Assembly: GCF_009914755.1 (NCBI RefSeq) | Contig: NC_060934.1 | Length of the DNA: 64,000 nt | Direction: 5' to 3' (one strand) | From: the human T2T-CHM13v2.0 reference genome, Homo sapiens | Shown here: one piece after another, positions 24,651 to 37,439 of the stretch | Position numbering within the stretch: position 1 is the stretch's first letter | Layout: every line of letters starts with the position of its first letter | Made by a program: the position numbers and the translations under genes | Notes under the pieces: generated by a model | Databases searched by the model: none | What the model saw: the letters and a program-made list of their open reading frames with translations, nothing else | What the model was told of the DNA's origin: nothing

Positions 24651-25849
24651 GCCCTTTTTGACAATTTCCAGGAGGCTTGGCCTGAACACAGCAGCAGTAT
24701 GTGTGGCTTGCAGGAGGAATCTGCCCCTTCATGGCCCCCGCTGATGTGTGATTGGGGCTTCTGTTCCCCAAAATGACATTGATCCCAGCTGCAGCTAAGA
24801 GTGTGGTGATGCGTGCAGGGCCCCGCACAGCCCAGAGAAGAGGGCCGGTGTTGAGGCAGTCCCAGGACAGCTGGGAATAGGGGTGGAGCTGTCTGCCAAA
24901 GGAGGTGGGAGGAAAAAGATGAGGTTAACACCAGCTAGATTGCAAGAAGAGCTCTCACCTCAGCTGAGCAGGCCCAGGCTCCAGGGAGATGCGAGTGATG
25001 TGCCTTGAGCAATCAGTGAGACTGACAGGTAGGGGTTCTGTTGGCTCTAGGCAGCTGGGTGACCTGTCACTCCACTCACAGGGAGGCAGCCGGAGGAGCT
25101 GTCTGTGCAGACTGTTTATTTTCAAACCTAGATTTATGCCTTGCTATTTGTTTGTAGTTCCTCCCTGTTAAAGTAACAATCTCAGACTTTGTCTCCCCAT
25201 TCAGGCACCAAAGGACAAACAGCAATGGTGTGTTGAAATGCTGCCAGGAGACTGAGAATCTGGGGGTGGGGGCACCCTAGCCCCAGAAATTGGTGTGCAG
25301 GAACCAGCTCTTCATCCCACACAGAGTCATCAGTCAACACCTCTTAAAACCATGCCCCTCAAGATCATTTTCTCTCCAATTTTAGGACAGAATGAAAAGT
25401 TGACTGAAAGTCAAGGTTCAGCTGAAAGGTCTGATTCTCCCACACATATTTTACACAGAGTCCCATGTGGGAGAGAAACAACCCAGCAGGACTGGACGGG
25501 TTGTGACCATCGCTGCCTTCCACCTTCCCTTTCCGACTCGAGGACACCAAGTCAGAGGCTCAGCCGCCTGCCGAAGTCTCCCAGCTACTGAAAGATGGCA
25601 CGGGAGGTGGAGCCCTGATGCCTCCAGGTCGCTACCCCCAACTCCTGCAGGACCCCCAACAAAGGCAGTGTTCTGTCCCCCAGGCACCCCACCCTACGCC
25701 ATCAGCCATGGTCTCGTCTGCATCCATCTAGAAAATATTCATTTACACAAGTGGAGCAGGAATATATTTTTGTTACAAACTAATCAAATAATATAATAAA
25801 GCAAAAACAGAATTTTCATTTTGTCTTCTACAGCCTATCTCCTTTCTAA

Positions 25850-26475
25850 GTCTTTTAAAAAATGTTTAATATTCACACATATCCACAAATGAGAATATAA
25901 GACAACTCTCCTTTCTCACGTACTATTATGTCTTGGAGGTTTTTTCCAAGTTAAGATATAGAGATCACTCTTATTCTTTTCAAACTGTTGGACAAATTAT
26001 CACAATAGAAATATATTTTGATTTATCCATTCCCCCAGTGATGGACAACCAGATTGCTTCTGTTATTTAAGTCAATATTTTATTGAGGTATAATTTTCAT
26101 AGGGAAATATGCACAAATCATAAGAGTGCAGTTCAAAGAATTTACACAAAGAGAACACTCAAAGGCACATCAAGAAGCAGATTTTACAGAACTCCAGGGG
26201 CACCTCTCCTTCCAGCCACCCCTTGCTTCTCCTTGAGTGGCCACTGTGTTGATTTGCAACTCCCATAGTGCCAAATTCCATTGTAAGGTTCAAGAGAAAT
26301 GGTGACAGACAGAGCCCTTGTCTTATCCCCAACCTCAGAAGCTTTCAGTAGCATACCAGAAGTATGATATATTCTCAATCACAGTAAGGAACTTCCTTTC
26401 CGTTTGAGCTTTCTTGCAGTGTTTGTCAGGACTCAGTGTTGAACTTTATTAAATATCCTTTCTGCATCTGTGGCC
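25850..26475 (-). mobile_element. Old L1ME-like fragments (3' UTR and ORF2)
   Basis: tttttattgaggtataattttcatagggaaatatgcacaaatcataagagtgcagttc; gaaatggtgacagacagagcccttgtcttatccccaacctcag. Confidence 0.65.
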
Positions 26476-26719
26476 TTGTGGATTCAGGATGGGTGGGCAG
26501 AGAACCTGTCTATGCTGGGCACCGCCTCGTTTGCAAACTCTGAAAGGATAATGGAAACACACTCCGTCTTCCACAAATGTCTTCGTGATGTGTGAATCCT
26601 TAGTCTCTTCCTCTCCATCCACCCTAATGGAGTTCTGTAGATGAAAGTACAAGCAAAATGAGTGTGGGAACCACAGCAATCAATCTATCAGAAAATGAGG
26701 AGAAGTCTAAGCAAAGAAT

Positions 26720-26965
26720 TATAATTCGGGTAGGTGGTGTGATGGTCACTTTAGAGACAGTGGTCAAGGGAAGACCTAAGGAAGTGAACTTGAAGCTAAG
26801 AACTGTAGAAAGGGAAGGAGCCAACTTGCAAATATCTAGTAGAATTTTCCAGAAAGAGCAGAAAATGAAAAGACCTTGATCACGTGGGATTTGGAAGTAA
26901 CAGGAAAAAGTTATCATATTGATAAGAGTACAATGGAAGGAAGTATTCAGCAAGGGAGTGAGGTC
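26720..26965 (-). mobile_element. L2 fragment
   Basis: ctttagagacagtggtcaagggaagacc...gaacttgaagctaagaactg...ttccagaaagagcagaaa. Confidence 0.55.
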
Positions 26966-26974
26966 ATTTCTCCT

Positions 26975-27063
26975 CTAAAAAAAATCTTCACAGCAACATC
27001 CAGACTGATGTTTAATCCCATACTTGGGTACCACAACATAGCCAAGCTGACAAATTAACCACA
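26975..27063 (-). mobile_element. MLT2 LTR 5'-end fragment
   Basis: Reverse complement tgtggttaatttgtcagcttggctatg...catcagtctggatgttgctgtgaag matches the MLT2 start. Confidence 0.65.
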
Positions 27064-28156
27064 TGTAGTGTGGGATCATATACTAATTTTGTGAGTTACT
27101 CTACTTTAAAAATTAAAGCCCAGCTATATTGTAGAATTCTCAAGTAATTCTCAGACAATATTACTGGCCTGCACATAATGATTTAACATTATAAAATAAA
27201 CAGCCTGGACCTAGTCAGTAGTGATTCAAGTTGCTCTAGATGCCTTTGAGAGCCACAGAGAGGGCAGTATTGCTGCACACCCACCTGCTTCCCTGAGACC
27301 AGCTTCAGACCTCTGGCCAGGGAGCCTGGAATGTTTAGGAAGGAGATGACCTCCTAGGGCTTTATACCCAAAGACCACACTAGAATCAGGGTCTTCATGT
27401 TGAGTGTGTGTGCAGAGGGGGCTGACCTGGGAGTAGAGGGATAAATGTCATATGCAGAATTGAATAGTGCCGAGAAATGGCCCAGAGATGACACAGCCAT
27501 GCTTTAAATTTATTTGGGCTGTCCTGTGCAGGAGTGATTTGTTTTGTTTTATGGGTCCCAGAAGGCAGAAGGCATGAAGATCATGAAGGCGGGAGGTGAC
27601 TCCAGCTAACATGTATGACCCTGGGGTCCCAGCAGCAGACCGTGCCTTCCATACTCCTGCAGGAACACCTAGGGGATGTGATGGTGGGGATGAGGCCAAG
27701 TAGCCCTTGAGATCCCTTCCCCATTATGCGATTCTAGGAGACAATGGTGTGGATAAAGAATAAGGACCAGACATGTGAAACCTTTCTAAGGGAAAATGAT
27801 AGAGCCAGATCCCACAGATATTGGAGAGTTGGAAGGAAAAGATAGTCAATCTGGGCATGCTGAGTTTGGTAAAATGTCATCCAAGTCGTACGGGCCTCTG
27901 TAATGTGGCATTGGAGGGACTCGAGGGGCAGGTTGGAAGATGGGTTTCATGGTCACTTCATAGAGAAGGCTATGCTAGAGGCTGGGTCAGCTCCTCCAGG
28001 GGCTGTTAGAGGGTGACAAGGGAGAGCAGAGAGCTATGGGGTCCCATTGCCCCTGAGTCCCAATTTTAACATCACCTCACCTACATCCCAGTAAAGAGAA
28101 CTATATCAGATCTTACCAGAAGATGTGCTAAAGGAGATGCTACCTTGGCACAGTTC

Positions 28157-28234
28157 AGGAGAGGGAGAAAGAGAGAGGAAGGGAGGGAGTGAGGAAGGAC
28201 GAAAGAGAGGGAGGGAAAGAAGCAGGAAGGGAGG
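28157..28234. repeat. Purine-rich (GA) low-complexity tract
   Basis: Nearly pure G/A run: ggagagggagaaagagagaggaagggaggg... Confidence 0.85.
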
Positions 28235-30024
28235 TCTCCTTATCTTTCCTTTGACTTACTCATATATATTTAGTTATCCAAAAATGTAATGAACATTTTC
28301 ATAGAAATTAAACTATCTATAAAAGTAAGTTCTTACTGCTTACTGCTCACTTCTATTTTCTTCTATTCTGACTTTCCTGGGGCTTGAACCTGGAGGCCGG
28401 GCAGGTGGTGCTGGGCAGTGACCTCAATGCAGCATCGCAGGTTTTGTTTGTGGGGTAGAGACAGAGCCTTGGTGTCCCTGGGCTGGTTGGTTGTGTACCC
28501 TTCTGGGCCCTGGGAACTCTGAGAATAGTTACTTCTTTCCAGGACTGTTATTTATTGCATCTTTGGGGCAGGTTTATAAATGTGTTATTTGCTTGAACAT
28601 TGTTATTTATTTTACAAAATTTCAGGCATATCCTGTGTGTCAGCACCATAAAACTATAAAAAATGTTTTAAATAAACGATGCTTGGCAGGAGGGGTCAAG
28701 ATGGCTGAATAGAAACAGCTCCGTTCTGTAGCTCCCAGCAAGACCAATGCAGAAGGCAGGCGATTTCTGCATTTCCAACTGAGGTACTCAGTTCATCTCA
28801 TTGGGACTGGTTAGGTGGTGGGTACAACCCACAGACAGTGAGCAGAAGCAGAGTGGGACGTTGCTTCACCCAAAAGTGCACGGAGCCAGAGGATCTCCCT
28901 CCCCTAGCCAAGGGAAGCGGTGAGGGACTGTGCCACCTGCCCAGGGTACTATGCTTTTCCCATGGATTTTTGCAATCCTTGGATCAGGAGTTTCCCTCAT
29001 GAGCCTACACCACCAGGGACCCGGGTTTCAAGGACAAAACTGGGCAGCTGTTTGGGCAGGCACCAAGCTGCAGGAGGTTTTTCGTAATCCAGCAGCACCT
29101 GGAACTCCAATGAGACAGGATAATTCTCCACTCCCCTGGAAAGGGGGCTGAAGCCAGGAAGTCAAGTGGTCTCACTCAGCGGGTCCCACTTCCACAGAGC
29201 CCAGCAAGCTAAGAACCACTGCCTTGAAATTCTCACTGCCAGCACAGCAGTCTGGAGCTGACCTGGGATGTCTGAGCTTGGTGGGGGGAGGGGTGACAAC
29301 CATTACTGTGGCTTTAGTAGGCGATTTTCCCCTGACAGCGCTAAGGAGGCTGGGAGGTTTGGACTGGGCAGAATTCACCAAAGCATGGCAAAGTGGCTGT
29401 GGCCAGACTGCTTCTCTAGATTCCTCCTCACTGGGAAGGGCATCTCTTCAGGAAATCCAGCAGCTACTCAGGGGCTTACAGATAAAACTCTCATCTCCCT
29501 GGGACAGAGAACCTGAGGTGAGGGGCAGCATGGTCTCAGGTTCTGCAGACTTAACCTTTCCTGCCTGCTGGCTCTGGAGAGTCTAGGTAATCTGGATGAG
29601 AGAGATTCCTTCAGCACAGCATGCCAGCTCCTCTAAGGAACAGTCAGACTGCTTCCTTGGGTGGGTCCCTGACCCCGTGCCTCCTGATTGGGTGAGACCT
29701 CCCAACAGGGGTCTCCAGACACCTCATATAGGAGAGTTCCAGCTGGCATCATGTCAGTGCCCTGCTGAGATGAAGCTTCCAGAGGAAGGGGCAAGGAGCA
29801 ATCTTTGCTGTTCTGCAGCCTCCACTGGTGATACCCAGGCAAACGGGGTCTACTGTGGACCTCTAGCAAACTGTAGCTGACCTGTAGAAGAGGGGCCTGA
29901 CTGTTAGAAGACAAAATAACAAACAGAAAGCAACAACATCAACATCAACAAAAAAGACCCCCACACAAAAGCCCCATCCAAAGGTCATCAGCCTCAAAGA
30001 TCAAAGGTAGATAAATCCATGAAG

Positions 30025-31083
30025 ATGAGGAAAAACCAACGCAAAAATGCTGAAAATTCCAAAAGCCGGAATGCCTCTTCTCCTCCAAATGATTGCAACT
30101 CCTCTCCAGCAAGGACACAAAACTGGATGGAGAACAAGATTGACAAATTGACAGAAGTAGGCTTCAGAAGGTGGGTAATAAAAGACTCCTCCTAGCTAAA
30201 GGAGCATGTTCTAACCCAATGCAAGGAAGCTAAGAACCTCGATAAAGGGTTACAGAAAGTGCTAACTAGAATAACCAGTTTAGAGAGGAACATAAATGAC
30301 CTGATGGGGCTGAAAAACACGGCATAAGAACTTCCTGAAGCATACACAAGTATCAATAGCTGAATTGATCAAGTGGAAGAAAGGATATAAGAGATTGAAG
30401 ACCACCTTGCTGACATAAGACACGCAGACAAGATTAGAGAAAAAAATAAAAAGGAATGAACAAGCTACCAGGAAATATGGGTCTATGTGAAAAGAACAAA
30501 CCTATAATTGACTGGTGTACCTGAAAGTGATGGGGAGAGTGGAACCAAGTTGGAAAACACACTTCAGGATATTATCGAGGAGAACTTCCCCAACCTAGCA
30601 ACACAAGCTGACATTCAAATTCAAATTCAACATTCAAATTCGGAACACCGCTAAGATACTCCACAAGAAGATCAACCCCAAAACACATAATCATCAGATT
30701 CCCCAAGGTTGAAATGAAAGAAAAAATGTTAAGGACAGCCAGAGAAAAAGGTAAGGTCACCTACAAAGAGAAGCCCATCAGACTATCTCTGCAGATCTCT
30801 CTGCAGAAACCCTACGAGTGGATCTCTCTGCAGAAACCCTATGAGCCAGAAGAGAGCGGAGGGCCAATATTCAACATTCTTAAAGAAAAGAATTTTCAAC
30901 CCAGAATTTCATATCCAGCCAAACTAAGCTTCATAAGCAAAGAAGGAATAAAATACTTTACAGATAAGCAAATGCTAAGGGATTTTGTCACCACCAGGCC
31001 TGCCTTACAAGAGATCCTGAAGGAATCACTAAATATGGAAAGAAAAAACATACTGGACATTGCAAAAACACATCAAAATATAA
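30025..31083 (+). pseudogene. L1 ORF1p remnant (premature stops and frameshifts)
   Basis: ATG at 30025 (atgaggaaaaaccaacgc), early TAG near 30193; C-terminal ORF1p motif NFQPRISYPAKLSF in ORF 30714-31322. Confidence 0.85.
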
Positions 31084-31145
31084 AGATCAGTGACACTATG
31101 AAGAAACTGCATCAACTCGTGTGCAAAATAACCAGTAGCATCATA

Positions 31146-34100
31146 ATGATAGGATCAAATTCACACATAACAATATTAACCTTAAAAGTAAATGGGCTAA
31201 ATGCCCCAATTAAAAGACACAGACTGGTAAATTGGATAAAGAGTCAAGACCCATCAGTGTGCTGTATTCAGGAGATCCATCTCATGTGCAAAGACACACA
31301 TAAGCTCAAAATAAAGGGATGAAAGAATATTTACCAAGCGAATGGAAAGCAAAAAAAAAAGCAGGGCTTGCAATTCTACTCTCTAACAAAACAGACTTTA
31401 AACCAACAAAGATCGAAAAAAGACAAAGAAGGGCATTACATAATGGTAAAGAGATCAATGCAACAAGAAGAGCTAACTATGCTAAATATATATGCACCCA
31501 ATGCAGGAGCACCAAGATTCATAAAACAAGTTCTTAGAGACCTACAAAGAGGCAGACTCCCACACAATAATAATGGGAGATTTTAACACCCCACTGTCAA
31601 TATTAGACAGATCAATGAGACAGAAAATTAATAAGGATATTCAATACTTGAACTCAGCTCTGGATCAAGTGGACCTAATAGATATCTGCAGAACTGTCCA
31701 CCTCAGATAAATAGAGTATACATTCTTCTCAGTGCCACATGGCACTTATTCTAAAACTGGCCACATAGTTGGAAGTAAAACACTCCTCAGCAAACACAAA
31801 AGAACTGAAATAATAATAAACAGTCTCTCCAATGACACTGCAATTAAATTAGAACTCAGGATAAAGAAACTCACTCAAAACTGCACAACTACAGGGAAAT
31901 TAAACAAACTGCTCCTGAATGACTCCTGGGTAAATGACAAAATCAAGGCAGAAATCAAGAAGTTCTTTGAAACCAATGAGAACAAAGAGACAATGTACCA
32001 GCATCTTGGGGACACAGCTAAAGCAGTGTGAAGGGGGAAATTTATAGCACTAAATGCCCACATCAGAAAGCTGGAAAAATCTCAAATCGACACCCTAACA
32101 TCACAATGAAAAGAACTAGAGGAGGAAGAGCAAACAAATTCAAAAGCTAGCAGAAGACAAGAAATAACTAAGGTCAGAGCAGGACTGAAAGAGATAGAGA
32201 CATGAAAATCCCTTCAAAATATTAATGAAATCAGGAGCTCGTTTTTTGAAAAAATTAACAAAATACATAGACTACTAGCTAGAATAATAAAGAAGAAAAA
32301 AGAGAAGAATCAAATAGACACAATAAAAAATGATAAAAGGGATATCACCACTGATCCCACAGAAATACAAACTACCATCAGAGAATACTATAAACACCTC
32401 TACACAAATAAAATAGAAAATCTAGAAGAAATGGATAAATTCCTGGACACATACACCCTCCCGAGACTAAACCAGGAAGAAATCGAATCCCTGAATAGAC
32501 CAATAGCAAGTTCTAAAATTGAGGCAATAATTAATAGCCTACCAACCAATAAAAACCCAGGAGCAGATGGATTCACAGCCAAATTCTACCAGAGGTACAA
32601 AGAGGAGCTGGTATCATTCCTTATGAAACTATTTTAAACAACTGAAAAGGGTGGACTCCTCCCTAACTTATTTTATGAAGCCAGCATCATCCTGATACCA
32701 AAACCTGGCAGAGAAACCACTGAAAGGAAAACTTTAGGTCAATATCCCTGCTGAACTTCAATATGAAAATCCTCAATAAAATACTGGCAAACCAAATCCA
32801 GCAGTATATCAAATAGCTTATCCACCACAATCAAGTCAGCTTCATCCCTGGGATTCAAAGCTGGTTCAAAATACACAAATTAATAAATTTAACCTATCAT
32901 ATAAAGAGAACCAATGACAAAAACCACATGATTATCTCAATAGATGCAGAAAAGGCCTTCAGTAGAATTCAAAATCCCTTCATGCGAAAAACTCTTAATA
33001 AACTAGGTATTGATGGAACATATCTCAAAATAATAAGAGCTATGTATGACAAACCTATAGCCAGTATCACACTGAATGGGCAAATGCTGGAAGCATTCCC
33101 TTTGAAAACCGGCACAAGACAAGGATGCCCTCTCTCACCACTTCTATTTAACATAGTATTGGAAGTCTTGGCCAGGGCAATCAGGCAAAAGAAAGAAATA
33201 AAGCATATTCAAATATGAAGAGAGAAAGTAAAAATGTCTCTGTTTGCAGATGACAAGATTCTATATTTAGAAAACCCCATTTTCTCAGCCCTAAAATTCC
33301 TTAAGCTGATAAGCAACTTCAGCAAAGTCTCAGGATACAAAATTAATGTGCAAAAATCACAAGCATTCCCACAGACAAGCAGAGAGCCAAATCATGAATG
33401 AACTCCTATTCACAATTGCTACAAAGACAATAAAATACCTAGGAATACAGCTTACAAGGGATATGAAGGACCTCTTCAAGGAGCACTATAAACCACTGTT
33501 CAAGGAAATAAGAGAGGACACAAACAAATGGAAAAACATTTCATGCTCATGGATAGGAAGAATCAATATCGTGAAAACGGTCATACTGCCCAAAGTAATT
33601 TATAGATTCAGTGCTATTCCCACCAAACTACCATTGACATTTTCACAAAATTAGAAGAAACTACTTTAAATTTCATATGGAACCAAAAAAGAGCCCGTAT
33701 AGCCAAGACAATCCTAAGCAAAAAGAACAAAGCTGGAGGCATCACACTACCTGACTTCAAACAATTCTACAAGGCTGTAGTAACCAAAACAGCATGGTAC
33801 TGGTACCAAAACAGATATATAGACCAATGGAATGGAAGGGAGACCTCAGATATAACACCACACATCTACAACAATCTTATCTTTGACAAACCTGACAAAA
33901 GCAAGCAATGGGGAAAGATTCCCTATTTAATAAATGGTGCTGGGAAAGCTTCCTAGCCATATGCAGAAAACTGAAACTGGACCCCTTCCTTATACCTTAC
34001 ATAGAAATTAATTCAAGATGGATTAAAGACTTAAATGTAAAACCCAAAACTATAAAAGTCCTAGAAGAAAACCTAGGCTATACCATTCAGGACATAGGCA

Positions 34101-34952
34101 TGGGCATATACTTCATGAGTAAAACACCAAAGGCAATTGCAACAGAAGCCAAAATTGACAAATGGGATCTAATTAAACTAAAGAGCTTCTGCACAGCAAA
34201 AGAAACTACCATCAGAGTGAACAGGCAACCTACGGAGTGGGAGAAAATGTTTGCAATCTACCCACCTGACAAAGGTCTAATATCCAGAATCTGCAAGGAA
34301 CTTAAACAAATGTACAAGAAAAAAACAACCCCATCAAAAAGTGGGCAAAATATATGAAGAGATACTTCTCAAAACAAGACATTTATGTGACTAAAAAACA
34401 TATGAAAAAAGCTCATCATCACTGATCATTAGAGAAATGCAAATCAAAACCACAATGAGATACCATTTCACGCTAGTCAGAGTGACGATTATTAAAAAGT
34501 TAGGAAAAAATAGATGCTGGTGAGGCTTTGGAGAAATTGGAACACTTACGATGTTGGTAGGAATATAAATTAGTTCAAACATTGTGGAAGACGGCGTGGT
34601 GATTCCTCAAGGATCTAGAACCAGAAATATCATTTGATCCAGCAATCCCATTACTGGGTATATACCCAAAGGAATATAAATCAGTCTACTGTAAAGACAC
34701 AGGTGCACCTATGTTTACTACAGCACTATTTACAATAGCAATGACATGGAATCAACCCAAATGCTCATCAATAATAGACTGGATAAAGAAAATCTGGTAC
34801 ATATATATCATGCAATACTATGCAGTCGTAAAAAGAATGAGAACATGTCCTTTTCCAGGACACGAATGAAGCTGGAAGCCATCATCCTCAGCAAACTAAC
34901 ACAGGAGCAGATAACCAAATACTGCATGTTCTCACTCATAAATGGGAATTGA
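31146..34952 (+). pseudogene. L1 ORF2p (endonuclease/reverse transcriptase) remnant, fragmented
   Basis: Fragments SHITILTLKVNGLNAPIKRHR (EN), ISIDAEKAF and [18 protein letters not shown] (RT), [22 protein letters not shown], split across many short ORFs. Confidence 0.9.
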
Positions 34953-36100
34953 ACAATGAGAACACATGGACACAGGTAGGGGAACAACACACACGGGGGC
35001 CTGTCAAGGGGTGTGGGGCGAGGGGAGGGAGAGCATTGGGACAATATCTAATGCATTCGGGGCTTAAAATCTAGATGACGGGTTGATAGATGCAGCAAAC
35101 CACCATGGCACATGTATACCTATGTAACACACCTGCACATTCTGCACATGTATCTCTGAACTTAAAGTAAAATTTAAAAAAATGCTTATGGTTCCTTCCT
35201 AGGACTCTGATTCATAGAAAGATACATATTGAAGGAGAATTCATAAACTTCTAAGATCCTTCTAATATTTACATTTTTGTAGAGGTCGAAAATGAGGCCA
35301 ACAGACTGGAAATGTTCACCATTGCATGAATGTAGCATGGCCAGGTCACTACTCAGTTCTGTGTTTTCTGGCATTAGAAATGCCGCTTATTATTCATATA
35401 ATGATCATGGCATATTATTCTCACAGTATAGTAAGGGCCCCGATCCACAGGGGTGTGAAACGTCAAAGGCAAGGGCCTAGAGCTCACGGTGAGTGCCGAA
35501 GGATGGCGCACAGCCTGGGACAGTGTAGCTTTTACTCCATGCCAGCCTGTCCTTGCTTATACCTTTCACACTCAATCAAAGGTGGCCTCCCACTAACAGA
35601 CGTCTTTCCTGTTAGGAGTCGGGTGATATTGTGATGAGATTAGATGGTGTTTTAACTGAACAGAAATGCTCAAACTCTGTCCCACAGCACAGCTACGCCT
35701 GTCTGGAAAATTCTAGAGGGCAATACACACTGAAGGATGTACCTTCAGGAAGTATGTTGGCTCACAGGCTCTTGTGCAGGATTGCCTGGACAAGGGAGAC
35801 CGAGCGTCCTCCTCCTCCATGGAGCCCAAAGACCCTGGAGAACCACGAGAAATGGAAGAAAGCCCTGAGAAAGCCATAAGAAGGCAGAAGGTACCTGAGA
35901 CACTGGATAATGACATGTGGGCTGGCAAAGAGTTAGGGCACCTGCAGGGAGAGGAGGGAAAAAGGGTGGGGCAGAGGGAAGGATGAAGCAAGGGAGGTAA
36001 GGGCAATACCAGGCACTGCAGAGACTGCCAAAAGCACGTGGTACATACGGCGTGAGGCCTAAGCTGGCACAAATCAGAGATGACACATTGATATTAGGTT

Positions 36101-36389
<289 letters not shown>

Positions 36390-37439
36390 TGATATTAGGT
36401 TCTTTAAAAGGACCGTGAGGAAGAGGCAAAATTGGAGAATCTCAGGAAGAAGCAATTGAGCACTAATTGAAGACAGGTTCACCTGTCTGCACAAATTTGG
36501 GTCAGAAGTTCATCTCCCAAACCTCTTTTAAAACATTGACATGACTTGCTTGTGAAAAGCAAAGAGGAACATCTTGATGTGACTTGACCTCTTCCTTCCA
36601 GAGGTGGCCCTGGGAAAGCACATTTATTAGCCGCCTCCTCTTTAACTTGTCCGAGTTGGCCGACATCTGTCCTGTATGCCTTGCTTACTGGAAGTTCTCA
36701 CCTGCTTAGAGGGCTCTTACACACAAACACACACACGCACGCACACAGGCCTCTCTGGACAGGGAAGTGAGGGAATTGGTGCCAGATGTGCACACGCACC
36801 ACAGGACGGATGTGTTGGGATACTAGCTTGTCTCTGCACACCTCGTAACCAGCGGCTCTTTCCTTCCGGGCTGGCCATCTGTGACTCTGTGACAGTGGAC
36901 TGGTTCTGCCTCGTCAGGCTTACCTTCATTGGACCAAGTCATACACTCAGTTACCTGGCTGGGTTTTCTCCTCTGTGCGTTAAACAGGGATGCCCTCAGA
37001 CTGTATCCTAGAAGGAAGGGATGGACATTAGAAATGTGGGCAGATGGGAAGTGACTTCCTCCTTTTATTCTCAGAAATTGGCAACAAATTTGTTTTGGCC
37101 TTCTCATTCCTATGTATTTGGATTTGGAAATTTAAAGCTCTCTTTGGAAAAAAAATTGACAGGGAGCAGGTGGAAGTGGAGTTGCATAACTGGATGGAGG
37201 CAGCCCCTATTAAGTAGACTAACTATCTTTATCATTACTTTGCTATCTTTATCATTATTATATGGACAATCATTTATTCTTATTTTTTAAGATTAATAAA
37301 TGTGGTGTCATTTTCCTTCTAAAAATATTTTTGTTGTAGTGAAAAATTGACTACAACCTAAGTTTCTAGCAATGGAAATTTAGGAATCCATGTAAGCACT
37401 TTGGTCGCATTCATGCATTTGCTTGTTTTTGTTCCTTCT

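Larger units (their letters stand above)
28685..35182 (+). mobile_element. Full-length (about 6.5 kb) inactive L1PA8-like LINE-1
   Basis: 5' UTR start ggggtcaagatggctgaatagaaacagctcc; ORF1 and ORF2 remnants in order; L1PA8-type 3' UTR (gagagcattgggacaatatctaatgcattcggggcttaaaatctagatgacggg); partial TSD atgctt at both ends. Confidence 0.93.

Noticed and set aside
35006-35031. G-quadruplex motif ggggtgtggggcgaggggaggg
   Set aside because: Ordinary, well-known feature of L1PA 3' UTRs.
28685-35182. Possible retrotransposition-competent L1
   Set aside because: Both ORFs carry many stops and frameshifts, and the subfamily (L1PA8-like) is long extinct.
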